Under the pieces are notes generated by a model, which was given only the letters and a program-made list of their open reading frames with translations, did no database searches and was not told the DNA's origin. A program made the position numbers and the translations under genes. DNA of 64,000 bases from an uncultured Fidelibacterota bacterium (GTDB taxonomy: Bacteria; Fidelibacterota; Marinisomatia; Marinisomatales; Marinisomataceae), in the NCBI GenBank assembly GCA_902525615.1, contig CABZHT010000001.1:349282-413281 (forward strand), given 5' to 3'. Positions 36,213 to 44,319 of the stretch are shown here, piece after piece (within the stretch, counting starts at the first letter, position 1; every line of letters starts with the position of its first letter).

Positions 36213-37038
36213 CTACAGCCCTACCTTTCAATAATTTCCAGTCTTGTTTTCTTCGGTCAATATTTTGATTTCTTTCCCATGCAGCTTTTAAAACAATACT
36301 CTCTATTTTACTATCATTAAAAACAGATAATAAAGCACTCAAATCTTTTGGAAAACAAGTCCCCCCAAATCCATATTCACCATCTGGGCCAGGGACGCTT
36401 AGATGAGAAGAACCTATTCTTACATCTTTTATGGCCGTTTTCACAACTTGATTATAATCTATATTCAATTTATCACATAAAGAATGTATTTCATTTGCAA
36501 ACGAAACCTTTAAGGCTAAAAAACTATTTGAAAAATATTTTACCATTTCAGCCTCAGCATAGTCTAGCTTTATAATTTTTGATTTAGGGAAATGTTTTTT
36601 ATAAAGTTCTTCAGCTAAATTCAATTTTTTCCCACCTAAAATTATTCTGTCTTGGTTAATAAAATCTTGAAAAAAATTTGCTTCTGTTAAAAATTCTGGG
36701 TTAAAAATAATGTCTAAATTTTTATATTTAATTTGAAAATTTTTACAAGTACCAGGTGGAACGGTTGACTTAATAACAACTGATTGATTGTTTGTTAAAG
36801 AATTTAAATCACGTAATACTTGATTCACAATATCCAAACAGCATGAACCATTTTCATTCATTGGAGTTGGTACACATATAAAAATAATATCTGATTTGCT
36901 GGATAAGTCTTTTAAAGTTTTTTCACTACATGATTCAGTTGTATCAAAAGTATAGATGTTTTCTGAGCTAAATCCATTTAATAAAGCTTTACCTACATAT
37001 CCAAGTCCGACGATACCAATATTAAAATTCTTTTTCAT
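36205..37038 (-). CDS. UDP-glucose/GDP-mannose dehydrogenase-family protein lacking the C-terminal nucleotide-sugar-binding domain
   Basis: IGIVGLGYVGKAL (NAD site), VPTP, NPEFL and GFGGTCFPKD (catalytic Cys motif) are present. The protein ends about 45 aa after the Cys, at 277 aa versus roughly 390-440 for the family. Confidence 0.72.
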   Translation of the reverse strand: MKKNFNIGIVGLGYVGKALLNGFSSENIYTFDTTESCSEKTLKDLSSKSDIIFICVPTPMNENGSCCLDIVNQVLRDLNSLTNNQSVVIKSTVPPGTCKNFQIKYKNLDIIFNPEFLTEANFFQDFINQDRIILGGKKLNLAEELYKKHFPKSKIIKLDYAEAEMVKYFSNSFLALKVSFANEIHSLCDKLNIDYNQVVKTAIKDVRIGSSHLSVPGPDGEYGFGGTCFPKDLSALLSVFNDSKIESIVLKAAWERNQNIDRRKQDWKLLKGRAVVE

Positions 37039-37134
37039 ATTTCTTAAAATGATTAGTTAATTTATATATTTAATGAACCATTCAAAATATTAAATGTTTT
37101 TTTAAATGAATGTGATTATAATGATTTATTTTTA

Positions 37135-37208
37135 GGGCCCATAGCTCAATTGGTTAGAGCAACGGACTCATAATCCGCAGGTTCGGGGTTCAAGTCCCTG
37201 TGGGCCCA
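37135..37208 (+). tRNA. tRNA with CAU anticodon: elongator tRNA-Met or tRNA-Ile2 (lysidine type); not initiator
   Basis: Hand-folded 74-nt cloverleaf. Acceptor stem GGGCCCA/TGGGCCC, D stem GCTC/GAGC with loop AATTGGTTA, anticodon loop CTCATAA (CAT at 37169-37171), 5-nt variable loop, T arm CGGGG-TTCAAGT-CCCTG, discriminator A. The G1-C72 pair and the lack of three G-C pairs in the anticodon stem argue against tRNA-fMet. CCA is not encoded. Confidence 0.92.
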
Positions 37209-37211
37209 CAT

Positions 37212-38120
37212 ATGAGCAGCCATTCATATATAGAAAATTCCAAAAATCAGGAAATTTATATCAATATAAACGGTAAATTATTTCATAGAAGTGAGGCTAA
37301 AATTTCTGTTTTTGATAGTGGTTTTTTACTTGGGGACGGAGTTTGGGAAGGTATTAGACTGCATGAGTCAAAACTGCTTTTTATAGATGAACACCTTGAC
37401 CGTCTTTTTAGTAGTGCTAAAGGTATCTCAATAAACATATCTCTAAAGAAAGAAGATATTATTTCTGAAATCAAAAAGGTTTTAATAAAAAATAATATGC
37501 AGGATGATGTTCATATTCGATTAATAATATCGAGGGGTGATAAAATAACACCATACCAAAACCCAAATGCTAATGTCGGTCCAATAAATTTTGTAATCAT
37601 TCCTGAATTTAAAAAAACTAATCCTAATGTTTATAAAAATGGGATTACTATTGGCAGAGTAAAAATTATTAGACCTTCTGATGATATTTTAAGTACGCAT
37701 TATAATACTTTGAGTAAACTAAATTGTATTATAGCAAGCATAGAGGCTAATAAACTTAACTATGATGAAGGAATTATGAATGATCCTCTTGGTAATATTA
37801 GTACATGCAATTCGACGAATCTTTTCTTTATCAAAAATGAGCAAGTATGGACTTCAACAGGCAAATTTTGCCTAAATGGAATTACAAGAAGCAAAGCACT
37901 TTTAGTATGTAAAAACAGTAGAATTCCCTATAAAGAAGCTAATTTTACTTTTGAAGATATTAAAAATTGTGAAGAAGCCTTTGTCACTGGTACATTTGCT
38001 GGTATTATACCAGTTTCAAAAATCGAACAAAGAAATTTGGTATCGACCAATAAAGAATCTTTAACTAATAAGATAAGATTTCTATATAACAAGCATGTAC
38101 TAGAATATATTAATACATAA
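37212..38120 (+). CDS. Class IV (fold type IV) PLP aminotransferase (IlvE / D-amino-acid aminotransferase / PabC family)
   Basis: INGKLFHRSEAKISVFDSGFLLGDGVWEGIR, the typical fold-IV N-terminus, then GITR and EAFVTGTFAGIIPV. The ORF-track start at 37200 lies inside the tRNA, so ATG 37212 is used. Confidence 0.8.
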   Translation: MSSHSYIENSKNQEIYININGKLFHRSEAKISVFDSGFLLGDGVWEGIRLHESKLLFIDEHLDRLFSSAKGISINISLKKEDIISEIKKVLIKNNMQDDVHIRLIISRGDKITPYQNPNANVGPINFVIIPEFKKTNPNVYKNGITIGRVKIIRPSDDILSTHYNTLSKLNCIIASIEANKLNYDEGIMNDPLGNISTCNSTNLFFIKNEQVWTSTGKFCLNGITRSKALLVCKNSRIPYKEANFTFEDIKNCEEAFVTGTFAGIIPVSKIEQRNLVSTNKESLTNKIRFLYNKHVLEYINT

Positions 38121-38830
38121 TGATAGTAGCTTGTTGGTCCGGACCAAGAAATATATCAACGGCTCTAATGAGATCGTGGTCATCAAGGAAAGATACTTTT
38201 ATATCTGATGAACCTTTCTACGCATATTACTTAAAAGAAACTCAAAATCATCACCCTATGCGTGAACAAATAATTAGTCACTATGAAACAGACTATGATA
38301 AAGTTGTCGCTCATCTTTTAGATAAAATACCTAATCAAAAAACCGTTTGGTATCAAAAACATATGGCACATCATTTAATTAACATCAAAAATATAGATTG
38401 GATTACAAAATGCGAGAATTGTATTTTGCTTAGGCATCCAAAAGAAGTTATTCATTCCTATGTATCTAAAAATAATTTACAGAGTGTTGAAGAATTAGGA
38501 TATCCACAACAACTTAAAATTGTACAACTTTTACAAAAATCAAATAGAAAATTTATTATTATTAATTCGGAGGACTTATTGAATAACCCGAAAAAAATAT
38601 TATCAAATTGGTGCAAAAATATTAACATTGATTTTGAACAATCTATGCTTAGTTGGAAAATAGGAGTTCATCAAAATGATGGTATTTGGTGGGAATACTG
38701 GTATGATAACGTAATTAGAACTACAGGGTTTATAAATTATCAAAAAAGAGATATTAACATTGAGAATAAATATCATTCTATTTATAATGAATGCATGGAA
38801 TATTATAATTATTTAAAAGGTCTGAAGTGA
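38120..38830 (+). CDS. P-loop sulfotransferase-like protein (tentative)
   Basis: CWSGPRNISTALMR (5'-PSB-like loop) and LLRHPKEVIHSY (3'-PB-like RxP..S motif). Length is 236 aa. There is a TAATG overlap with the preceding gene. The family call is from memory of Sulfotransfer-type proteins and is unverified. Confidence 0.5.
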   Translation: MIVACWSGPRNISTALMRSWSSRKDTFISDEPFYAYYLKETQNHHPMREQIISHYETDYDKVVAHLLDKIPNQKTVWYQKHMAHHLINIKNIDWITKCENCILLRHPKEVIHSYVSKNNLQSVEELGYPQQLKIVQLLQKSNRKFIIINSEDLLNNPKKILSNWCKNINIDFEQSMLSWKIGVHQNDGIWWEYWYDNVIRTTGFINYQKRDINIENKYHSIYNECMEYYNYLKGLK

Positions 38831-39027
38831 ACTCATTATTAAAATTATGGTCTCAACCTTCCTGGATTAAATGGATAATTTATTTTGCCATTGTATATAT
38901 TTTATTTTTAATTAAAGAAGCATTTGCAATAGTTCTATGGTTTCTTTTTTGTGTTATTTTGTATTATATCATTTTTGCTAATAACATTTTTAAAACGAAG
39001 ACTTATTATGAAAAAAATAATTTTTAG
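38827..39027 (+). CDS. Small two-helix membrane protein (hypothetical)
   Basis: 66 aa. The GTG start sits in a GTGA overlap with the upstream stop. There are two hydrophobic segments (WIIYFAIVYILFLI, IVLWFLFCVILYYIIF). It is only weakly supported, and AT-rich DNA yields such ORFs easily. Confidence 0.35.
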   Translation: MNSLLKLWSQPSWIKWIIYFAIVYILFLIKEAFAIVLWFLFCVILYYIIFANNIFKTKTYYEKNNF

Positions 39028-40663
39028 TCTACTAGTATTTACCTTATTGCATTGCCAAGAAAATAGACCAGATAGAAACCAATATAACCTACCTGAATTA
39101 ACTCCAAATAATTTATTAATAGGTAATTTAAATGAAGATCGCTCTTCATTTAGAGTATCATTTTATGACATTAATATTGATTTTGACATTGAAAAAAAAT
39201 TATTAAATGGTTATGTAACTATTAAAGCTGAAAGTTTGAGAGATTTAAATCAATTACAAATTGATTTAGCAGAGAATTTAAAAATAAAAAAAATAACTTA
39301 TAAAGATCGTAACCTCGTCTTTAAAAGAGAACTTGATGCCGTATTAATTGATTTTAAATCTACTATAGAAAAAGGTAATCTTTTTGAGTTTACTGTTTTT
39401 TATCATGGGTCTCCACAAAGTGCAGATAACCCTCCTTGGTCTGGAGGATTTACTTGGTCAAAAGATAAAGATGGAAGAGATTGGGTCGCAGTATCATGTG
39501 AAGGTGAAGGTGCAAGAATTTGGTGGCCAAATAAAGACCATATTACTGCTGAAGGGGATAGTGTAAGAATGGTATATACTGTTCCATCAAATATGGTTGC
39601 TGTTGGAAATGGAAAACTAAGAAGTATAGAAAAAAATGGAGAGAAATCTTCGTATGAATGGTTTGTAAAAAATCCGATAAATAATTATAATATTTCTGTT
39701 CAAATAGGTAGTTATGTAGCTGTTCAAGATACTTTTATTAAAGAAGATACCATTCATAATATGAATCATTATGTATTGGATTATAATGAAGAGCTAGCCT
39801 CAAATTATTTTCCTCAATCCAAAGAAGTTATTCGTTTTTATGAAAAATATTTTGGTGATTATCAGTGGTACAATGATGGATTTAAACTAATTGAAGTTCC
39901 ATATTTAGGTATGGAGCATCAATCAGCTGTAACATATGGTAACGGTTTTAGTATTTACAATGGAGCAAGAAGTAAAAGTTGGCCAATGTATGGTGTTATT
40001 GACCCGTTAATAATACATGAAACTGGGCATGAATGGTTCGGTAATAGTGTTACAGCATCTGATCCAACACACATTTGGTTACATGAAGGTTTGCAAGTTT
40101 ATTCAGAAGCAATATTTTTTGAAGATAAGTTTGATAGTTACGAAGTTGGAGTTCATTATCTTAACACTCTTAAGAATAGGATTATAAATGAAATTCCAAT
40201 AGTAGGCTATGAAAATGAAAATCATTGGTCTCTTCATGGAGATACATATATGAAAGGTGCATGGATAATGCACACTTTAAGAAGTGTAATAGATGATGAT
40301 AAAATCTGGTTTGAAATTTTAAAAGAGTTTATGACAGAAAATGCAAAGGGTTTTGTAAATACTAGAGATTTTTTTAATAAGGTTAATGAAAAAACAAATT
40401 CGAATTATTGGTATTTTGCTCAGCAATATTTATACACACCTAACCAACCAATTTTAAAATATTACCAAAAAGAACAAGAATTTTACTATAAATGGGACAA
40501 TGTTAACGATAATTTTGTAATGCCTATTGATTTATTAGTAAATGGGAAAAAGAAAAGGGTTTATCCGAAAGGAGAATACCAAAAATTTTACATTAAAAAG
40601 CATTCACAAATAGAGGCAATGGATTGGAGATTTTATATTCTTCCTACAAAAGATGAACTATAA
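39008..40663 (+). CDS. M1-family zinc metallopeptidase (aminopeptidase N-like), lipoprotein
   Basis: MKKIIFSLLVFTLLHCQ (lipobox-like LLHC). IIHETGHEWFGN (HExxH) plus WLHEGLQVY (the E 18 residues downstream) form the gluzincin M1 signature. The start is set at ATG 39008. Confidence 0.85.
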   Translation: MKKIIFSLLVFTLLHCQENRPDRNQYNLPELTPNNLLIGNLNEDRSSFRVSFYDINIDFDIEKKLLNGYVTIKAESLRDLNQLQIDLAENLKIKKITYKDRNLVFKRELDAVLIDFKSTIEKGNLFEFTVFYHGSPQSADNPPWSGGFTWSKDKDGRDWVAVSCEGEGARIWWPNKDHITAEGDSVRMVYTVPSNMVAVGNGKLRSIEKNGEKSSYEWFVKNPINNYNISVQIGSYVAVQDTFIKEDTIHNMNHYVLDYNEELASNYFPQSKEVIRFYEKYFGDYQWYNDGFKLIEVPYLGMEHQSAVTYGNGFSIYNGARSKSWPMYGVIDPLIIHETGHEWFGNSVTASDPTHIWLHEGLQVYSEAIFFEDKFDSYEVGVHYLNTLKNRIINEIPIVGYENENHWSLHGDTYMKGAWIMHTLRSVIDDDKIWFEILKEFMTENAKGFVNTRDFFNKVNEKTNSNYWYFAQQYLYTPNQPILKYYQKEQEFYYKWDNVNDNFVMPIDLLVNGKKKRVYPKGEYQKFYIKKHSQIEAMDWRFYILPTKDEL

Positions 40664-41912
40664 AAAAATTCTAGTTACCTACTTATTCCTTTCTTCCCTT
40701 TTTTCAAACGAAAATTTAAATGAAGATAAACTAATAATTACATACATTAGTGGATCACCTGAAAATTATTGGTCAAAAAAAATAGATAAAATTGATATAT
40801 CCAGTAACGCAATACATATTAAGAATTACAATAATTATTATTTTTCATCTTTTTATATTTCCAATTCAAAAGTTTATATAGATGAGTTTTATTATAAAAA
40901 AAAATTTCCAGAAAATAAGCTTGGTAATTTCAATTTAAAAATAGGAAGTCTAACAAATAACTTTTCAAGTATAGATAACAATATATTGAGTTCGGGTTCA
41001 ATGATTGAAAGTGGAAACTCTTATGGAATTCCAAGATATTTAGTTGAATTTTCAAATTCTTTTAAAAATTTTGATATTTATTTTTCACTTTCAGATGGTA
41101 TTCTTGACAAAAATTCAATAAACATAAAACGACCTTTTTTACATGATAAAAGGTTGTACTTAAGTTTTAAAAATTTGTCAATTGGTTTTGTACATAATGT
41201 TATTTGGGGAGGGGAAGTTACAGCATATGGAAAACAACCAAATGATTTGGACGACTATTTTCGCATTTTTCTTGGAAGAGGTGGTGGAGCTGATGCCGTT
41301 ATAACAGATCAGCCTAATGCGCTTGGAGATGCTTTTGGGATGTGGGATTTTTCTTATAAGAAAAATGTAAGATTAGGTGAAATAAAAGTTTATCATCAAA
41401 CTTATTTTGAGGATGGTAGTGGTTTAAAGCTCACTAATAAAATGAGTGAGTTTGATGGCTTAAGTGGGATAAGTTTTAAGTACAAAAAAACAAATATACT
41501 TCTTGAAAGATTAAAAACAACCTTTCAAGGGGGTAATACTCATCCACCAGGAATCGATAGTTATTACTGGAATGGAATTTATCGAAATGGATGGCAATTT
41601 AAAGATAGAATTATAGGAAATATTTTTATTAATCCATCTAAAAATAGAGTTAGAGTGATTCATTTTGGCTTATCAACTGTTTATAAAAAAAATAAATTTC
41701 AACTGAACTTTTCAGATATAAAAAAATATAACATATCATACAATGGCTTTCCTCCATCAGAGACTATTGATTTGGGTGAAGATTTTTTTAAAAAAGAGAT
41801 TCAAAGAAATTTATACTATGAAAGAAAATTAAATAATTTCGGTGTTGGTATTATGCTTGAAGATAATCAAATTAATACAAATATTTATTTTAAAATAAAA
41901 TACCATTTATAA
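40653..41912 (+). CDS. Secreted, probable outer-membrane beta-barrel protein; possibly capsule-assembly Wzi-like
   Basis: Signal-like N-terminus (MNYKKILVTYLFLSSLFS), alternating beta-strand-like sequence, and an aromatic-rich C-terminal strand (NIYFKIKYHL). The Wzi resemblance (SGSMIESGNSYGIPRY, YHQTYFEDGSG) is from memory and weak. Confidence 0.45.
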   Translation: MNYKKILVTYLFLSSLFSNENLNEDKLIITYISGSPENYWSKKIDKIDISSNAIHIKNYNNYYFSSFYISNSKVYIDEFYYKKKFPENKLGNFNLKIGSLTNNFSSIDNNILSSGSMIESGNSYGIPRYLVEFSNSFKNFDIYFSLSDGILDKNSINIKRPFLHDKRLYLSFKNLSIGFVHNVIWGGEVTAYGKQPNDLDDYFRIFLGRGGGADAVITDQPNALGDAFGMWDFSYKKNVRLGEIKVYHQTYFEDGSGLKLTNKMSEFDGLSGISFKYKKTNILLERLKTTFQGGNTHPPGIDSYYWNGIYRNGWQFKDRIIGNIFINPSKNRVRVIHFGLSTVYKKNKFQLNFSDIKKYNISYNGFPPSETIDLGEDFFKKEIQRNLYYERKLNNFGVGIMLEDNQINTNIYFKIKYHL

Positions 41913-42376
41913 TGATTATTTGGCTTACTGGACAACCTGCAAGCGGTAAAACTACTCTTGCAAACTCTATAATTATGAGATTGAGTAAAGAAAGTCCTGA
42001 ATTAAAAATAATTAATATAGATGGGGATGATTTAAGATTAATAAATAAAAATAAAGATTATTCTAAAGAGGGAAGAATTAAGAATATTAGTACAGCAATT
42101 TCAATAGCTAGATTCTTAGCAAATAAAAATTATCTATGTATTCTTTCCATTGTTGCCCCATATAGATTTTTGAGAGACGAACTAAAAGAAGATTTTAAAT
42201 TTTTGGAGGTATACCTTCATACTTCTGAAATTAGAGGAAGAGAAAAATTCTTTGCAGACGATTATGAAATACCTATTGATGAAAAAACATTAAAGCTAGA
42301 TACAGGTCAACTAACAGTTAAGGAATGTACAAATGAAATATTCGATGTTTATAGGCAGATGGCAACCTTGGCATAA
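41912..42376 (+). CDS. Adenylylsulfate (APS) kinase-family P-loop kinase, short form
   Basis: IIWLTGQPASGKTTLA (Walker A) and IDGDDLRLINKNKDYSKEGRIKNISTAISIARFL (the DGDxxR...dR.eNirR block of CysC). It is only 154 aa and lacks the usual KGLY/ARxG segment. Confidence 0.65.
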   Translation: MIIWLTGQPASGKTTLANSIIMRLSKESPELKIINIDGDDLRLINKNKDYSKEGRIKNISTAISIARFLANKNYLCILSIVAPYRFLRDELKEDFKFLEVYLHTSEIRGREKFFADDYEIPIDEKTLKLDTGQLTVKECTNEIFDVYRQMATLA

Positions 42377-42671
42377 AGGCCATAGGTGGTTAATTGATCA
42401 AAGATTAAATGAAGGTAAAAATGTACTTATTTGTGTTCGCGAAGTAAGCAAAGATGATAAAAATCCATATAACCCAATTGAAGTTAAAGAAAACGTTGAA
42501 AATGCTTTAAAAGAATTGATTGACACAAAAAGAGTAAAAGTTATTATTATACCAGATATTGAATCAGTAAATTATGGAAGAGGTGTTGGATATGATATTA
42601 TTGAACATCTTCCACCTAAAAATATTGGTGAAATTTCCGCAACTAAGATAAGAAAAAAACTATTTGGTTAG
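42345..42671 (+). CDS. Minimal HxGH nucleotidyltransferase (cytidylyltransferase-like, NadM/NMNAT-like N-terminus)
   Basis: MFIGRWQPWHKGHRWLI (GRFQPxHxGH motif) and ISATKIRKKL (ISST-like C-terminal motif). It is about 108 aa and overlaps the APS-kinase-like gene by 32 nt (44 nt if ATG 42333 is used). Confidence 0.6.
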   Translation: MFIGRWQPWHKGHRWLIDQRLNEGKNVLICVREVSKDDKNPYNPIEVKENVENALKELIDTKRVKVIIIPDIESVNYGRGVGYDIIEHLPPKNIGEISATKIRKKLFG

Positions 42672-43577
42672 TAGAGATTCTATCTCATGAATCTTTACCG
42701 TTGCAGTTCCCATTTTACTTACCACAATTGATGCAGCAGCATTCGCAACTTTAGCCGCAAGCTCTACGTCTTCATACTGTGCATAAGCTAAAGAAAAAGC
42801 AGCTATAACTGTATCTCCAGCTCCAGTGACATCAGGTTTTTTTACAAAATGTGGATCTATAATCTTTAAAAAGTTATTCTTACCGACAACCATCATTCCT
42901 TTTTCTCCCATTTTTGCAATAATATACTCTAAGTTTGTTTTAACAAGAATCTCATTGCACGCTTTTTGAATTGAATCAAAATCCTTGAGCTCAACTTTAG
43001 TTGTTCTTTGTAGCTCATTAAGATTAGGAGTAATGATTTTAACATTTGAATAGAATGAAAAATTATTTTTCTTTGGGTCGGCAATTATATTTTGAAATTT
43101 TAAGTTTTTAAACCAATCGTTGTTCAATACTCCTTTGTTATAATCAGATAAAATTATTATATCAAAGTTTTTTATTTCTAATTCTGAAATTGATCTTGGT
43201 TTCCAATTATCTAATATTTCTTCATAATCAATTCTCAATATTTGTTTTCCATTAGACAAAAATCTTTTTTTTACTGTTGTTAAAATTTTTTCTATTTGGA
43301 GATGTTTATGATCAATCCCTTTTTCATTGAATATTTTTTTTAGTACTTCACCTGGTAGATCGTTTCCAATGTATCCTAAACAAGAAACATTTGCTCCTAA
43401 TGATTTTAAATTCATAGCAACATTACCAGCTCCACCAGGTATCAAATCAATTTTATGTTCTTTTATTACAGGGACCGGTGCTTCCGGTGATTGCCTTGTT
43501 GAATTTCCATTAACATAACTATCAATCATAAAATCGCCAATTAGTAATACATTTATTTTAGAAAAATCAAGTCTCAA
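42660..43577 (-). CDS. hldA: D-glycero-beta-D-manno-heptose 7-phosphate kinase (RfaE/HldE domain I, PfkB family)
   Basis: VLLIGDFMIDSYVNGNSTRQSPEAPVPVI, PGGAGNVAMNLKSLGA, LRIDYEE and DVTGAGDTVIAA (PfkB motif). Length is 305 aa. Confidence 0.82.
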   Translation of the reverse strand: MRLDFSKINVLLIGDFMIDSYVNGNSTRQSPEAPVPVIKEHKIDLIPGGAGNVAMNLKSLGANVSCLGYIGNDLPGEVLKKIFNEKGIDHKHLQIEKILTTVKKRFLSNGKQILRIDYEEILDNWKPRSISELEIKNFDIIILSDYNKGVLNNDWFKNLKFQNIIADPKKNNFSFYSNVKIITPNLNELQRTTKVELKDFDSIQKACNEILVKTNLEYIIAKMGEKGMMVVGKNNFLKIIDPHFVKKPDVTGAGDTVIAAFSLAYAQYEDVELAAKVANAAASIVVSKMGTATVKIHEIESLLTK

Positions 43578-44314
43578 TTTACTTTTCCTTGGTTTTTTAT
43601 CATTTCTTGTTTTTTTTGCAACTCCTTTTCGTTTATTAAATATTCTTTACTGTGAACATTAAAATTTGGTCCAAACGAATAAATTAATGGAACGCCTGTA
43701 GGAATATTTACTGAAACAATTTCTCGTTCATTCAAATTATCCAAAATTTTGATAATTGCTCTTAGTGAGTTACTGTGAGCAACAATGAGATGGTTACCAT
43801 TGGTTTTTTTTATTGATTCTAAATAATTATCTAAAAAAGGTTTTAGCCTATTAATAACCTGTTTAAGACTTTCTCCAACTGGTAATTCAGCTCTAATATC
43901 TTTAAATTTTTTATTATACTTTGGATGTCTTTTATCATTGTCGTCCAAAAAAGGAGGTGGAATATCATAACTTCTTCTCCAAATTTTCACTTTATCTTCT
44001 CCATACTTAGCAGCAGTTTCTGATTTATTCAAACCTTGGAGAGCTCCATAATGTCTTTCATTTAAACGCCAGTCAAATTGTACATTTTTTTTAGGAAATT
44101 TTATAATTTCTGTAACAATATTTGTTGTTTCTATCGCTCTTTTAAGTAAGGAAGTATAAACGCTATTTATCTTAATATTTTTTTCTAAAATTTGATGTCC
44201 AGAAAATGCTGCTTCATTTTTGCCATTGTTTGTAAGAGAAACATCTTTCCAACCAGTAAATCTATTTTCCAAGTTCCATTTACTTTCACCATGACGGAGA
44301 AGAATTAATTTCAT
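43574..44314 (-). CDS. gpmA: 2,3-bisphosphoglycerate-dependent phosphoglycerate mutase
   Basis: LILLRHGESKWNLENRFTGWKDVSLT, ERHYGALQG and VAHSNSLRAI. Length is 246 aa. Confidence 0.92.
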   Translation of the reverse strand: MKLILLRHGESKWNLENRFTGWKDVSLTNNGKNEAAFSGHQILEKNIKINSVYTSLLKRAIETTNIVTEIIKFPKKNVQFDWRLNERHYGALQGLNKSETAAKYGEDKVKIWRRSYDIPPPFLDDNDKRHPKYNKKFKDIRAELPVGESLKQVINRLKPFLDNYLESIKKTNGNHLIVAHSNSLRAIIKILDNLNEREIVSVNIPTGVPLIYSFGPNFNVHSKEYLINEKELQKKQEMIKNQGKVN

Positions 44315-44319
44315 TATGG

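Noticed and set aside
36205-37038. Frameshifted pseudogene interpretation of the short Ugd-family gene
   Set aside because: The sequence downstream in all frames encodes the Wzz-type protein, not remnants of the UDP-binding domain. The gene also ends in a normal 8-nt overlap. It is treated as a natural short form, with function unknown.
37135-37208. Initiator tRNA-fMet assignment, or an integrative-element att site at the tRNA
   Set aside because: G1-C72 is paired and the anticodon stem lacks the three consecutive G-C pairs of initiators. I also noticed no integrase and no duplicated tRNA 3' segment elsewhere in the window, so a classical tRNA-integrated element cannot be supported.
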